From positions 69,254,001-69,318,000 of the forward strand of contig NC_042997.1 in the NCBI RefSeq assembly GCF_006345805.1: a DNA stretch of 64,000 nucleotides, given 5' to 3'. Below are positions 63,648-64,000 of the stretch, one piece after another. A program made the translations under genes and the position numbers. Position 1 is the first letter of the stretch, and the number at the start of each line of letters is the position of its first letter. Below the pieces are notes generated by a model. It had not been told where the DNA came from and searched no databases. It saw only the letters and a program-made list of their open reading frames with translations. This stretch comes from Octopus sinensis. Its lineage: Eukaryota.

Positions 63648-64000
63648 AAGAATATTTACAGAATGCAAACATGTACATGGAATACATAAATGAATGTACG
63701 TCAAAACTCAAAACTTAGGTGTCCGTATTCTGGGAAAGGCGCTACCTAAAGAACGTTTTTTAACAAGTGTGCTTTAGAGTAACAGAAATGCTACACTAGA
63801 GTACATGTTCGCTTAACAGGCTGATAATAGACAGAGAAAGAAGTGGAAGTGATGAAGAAGAAAAAAGGAAACGGAGAGCGAGGTTAAGGAGGAGGAGGAA
63901 AGCAAGAAATCAGCATAAAATGTATAATTAGAGCAACAATTACAATAAAAAGACAATTAGTTGAATATATGACCTAGAATCTCACAAGTAGCAAAGCCAA

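Overview
AT-rich, microsatellite-dense eukaryotic DNA. The repeat landscape (tRNA-derived SINEs, (TA)n/(TG)n/(TAGA)n/(TAA)n tracts) resembles Octopus or another coleoid cephalopod; this is an inference, not a database result. The only host gene I can support is a pappalysin (PAPP-A-like metzincin) on the + strand. Two spliced coding exons (52382-52667, 55406-56188) encode the LamG-like domain, the start of the proteolytic domain and LNR1/LNR2. The rest is intron or intergenic DNA filled with decayed mobile elements: full-length mariner and Tc1 copies, a Penelope-like element split by a CR1-type LINE, a Helitron remnant, RTE ends, several MITEs and palindromes, three SINE families, and a head-to-tail array of R4/Dong-like (RLE-endonuclease) retrotransposons separated by (TAA)n tracts. 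The most interesting signals are: (1) a tRNA-headed Pol III SINE carrying an intact minimal type-I hammerhead ribozyme (15277-15447, minus), plus a second, unrelated minimal hammerhead at 60070-60104; (2) a pri-miRNA-shaped hairpin antisense to a pappalysin intron (53812-53891); (3) the (TAA)n-associated Dong array with a 2.18-kb near-identical tandem duplication; (4) several long inverted repeats that could form dsRNA. Nearly all ORFs in the supplied track are microsatellite or decayed-TE artefacts. TE and SINE boundaries are approximate unless TIRs or TSDs are quoted.
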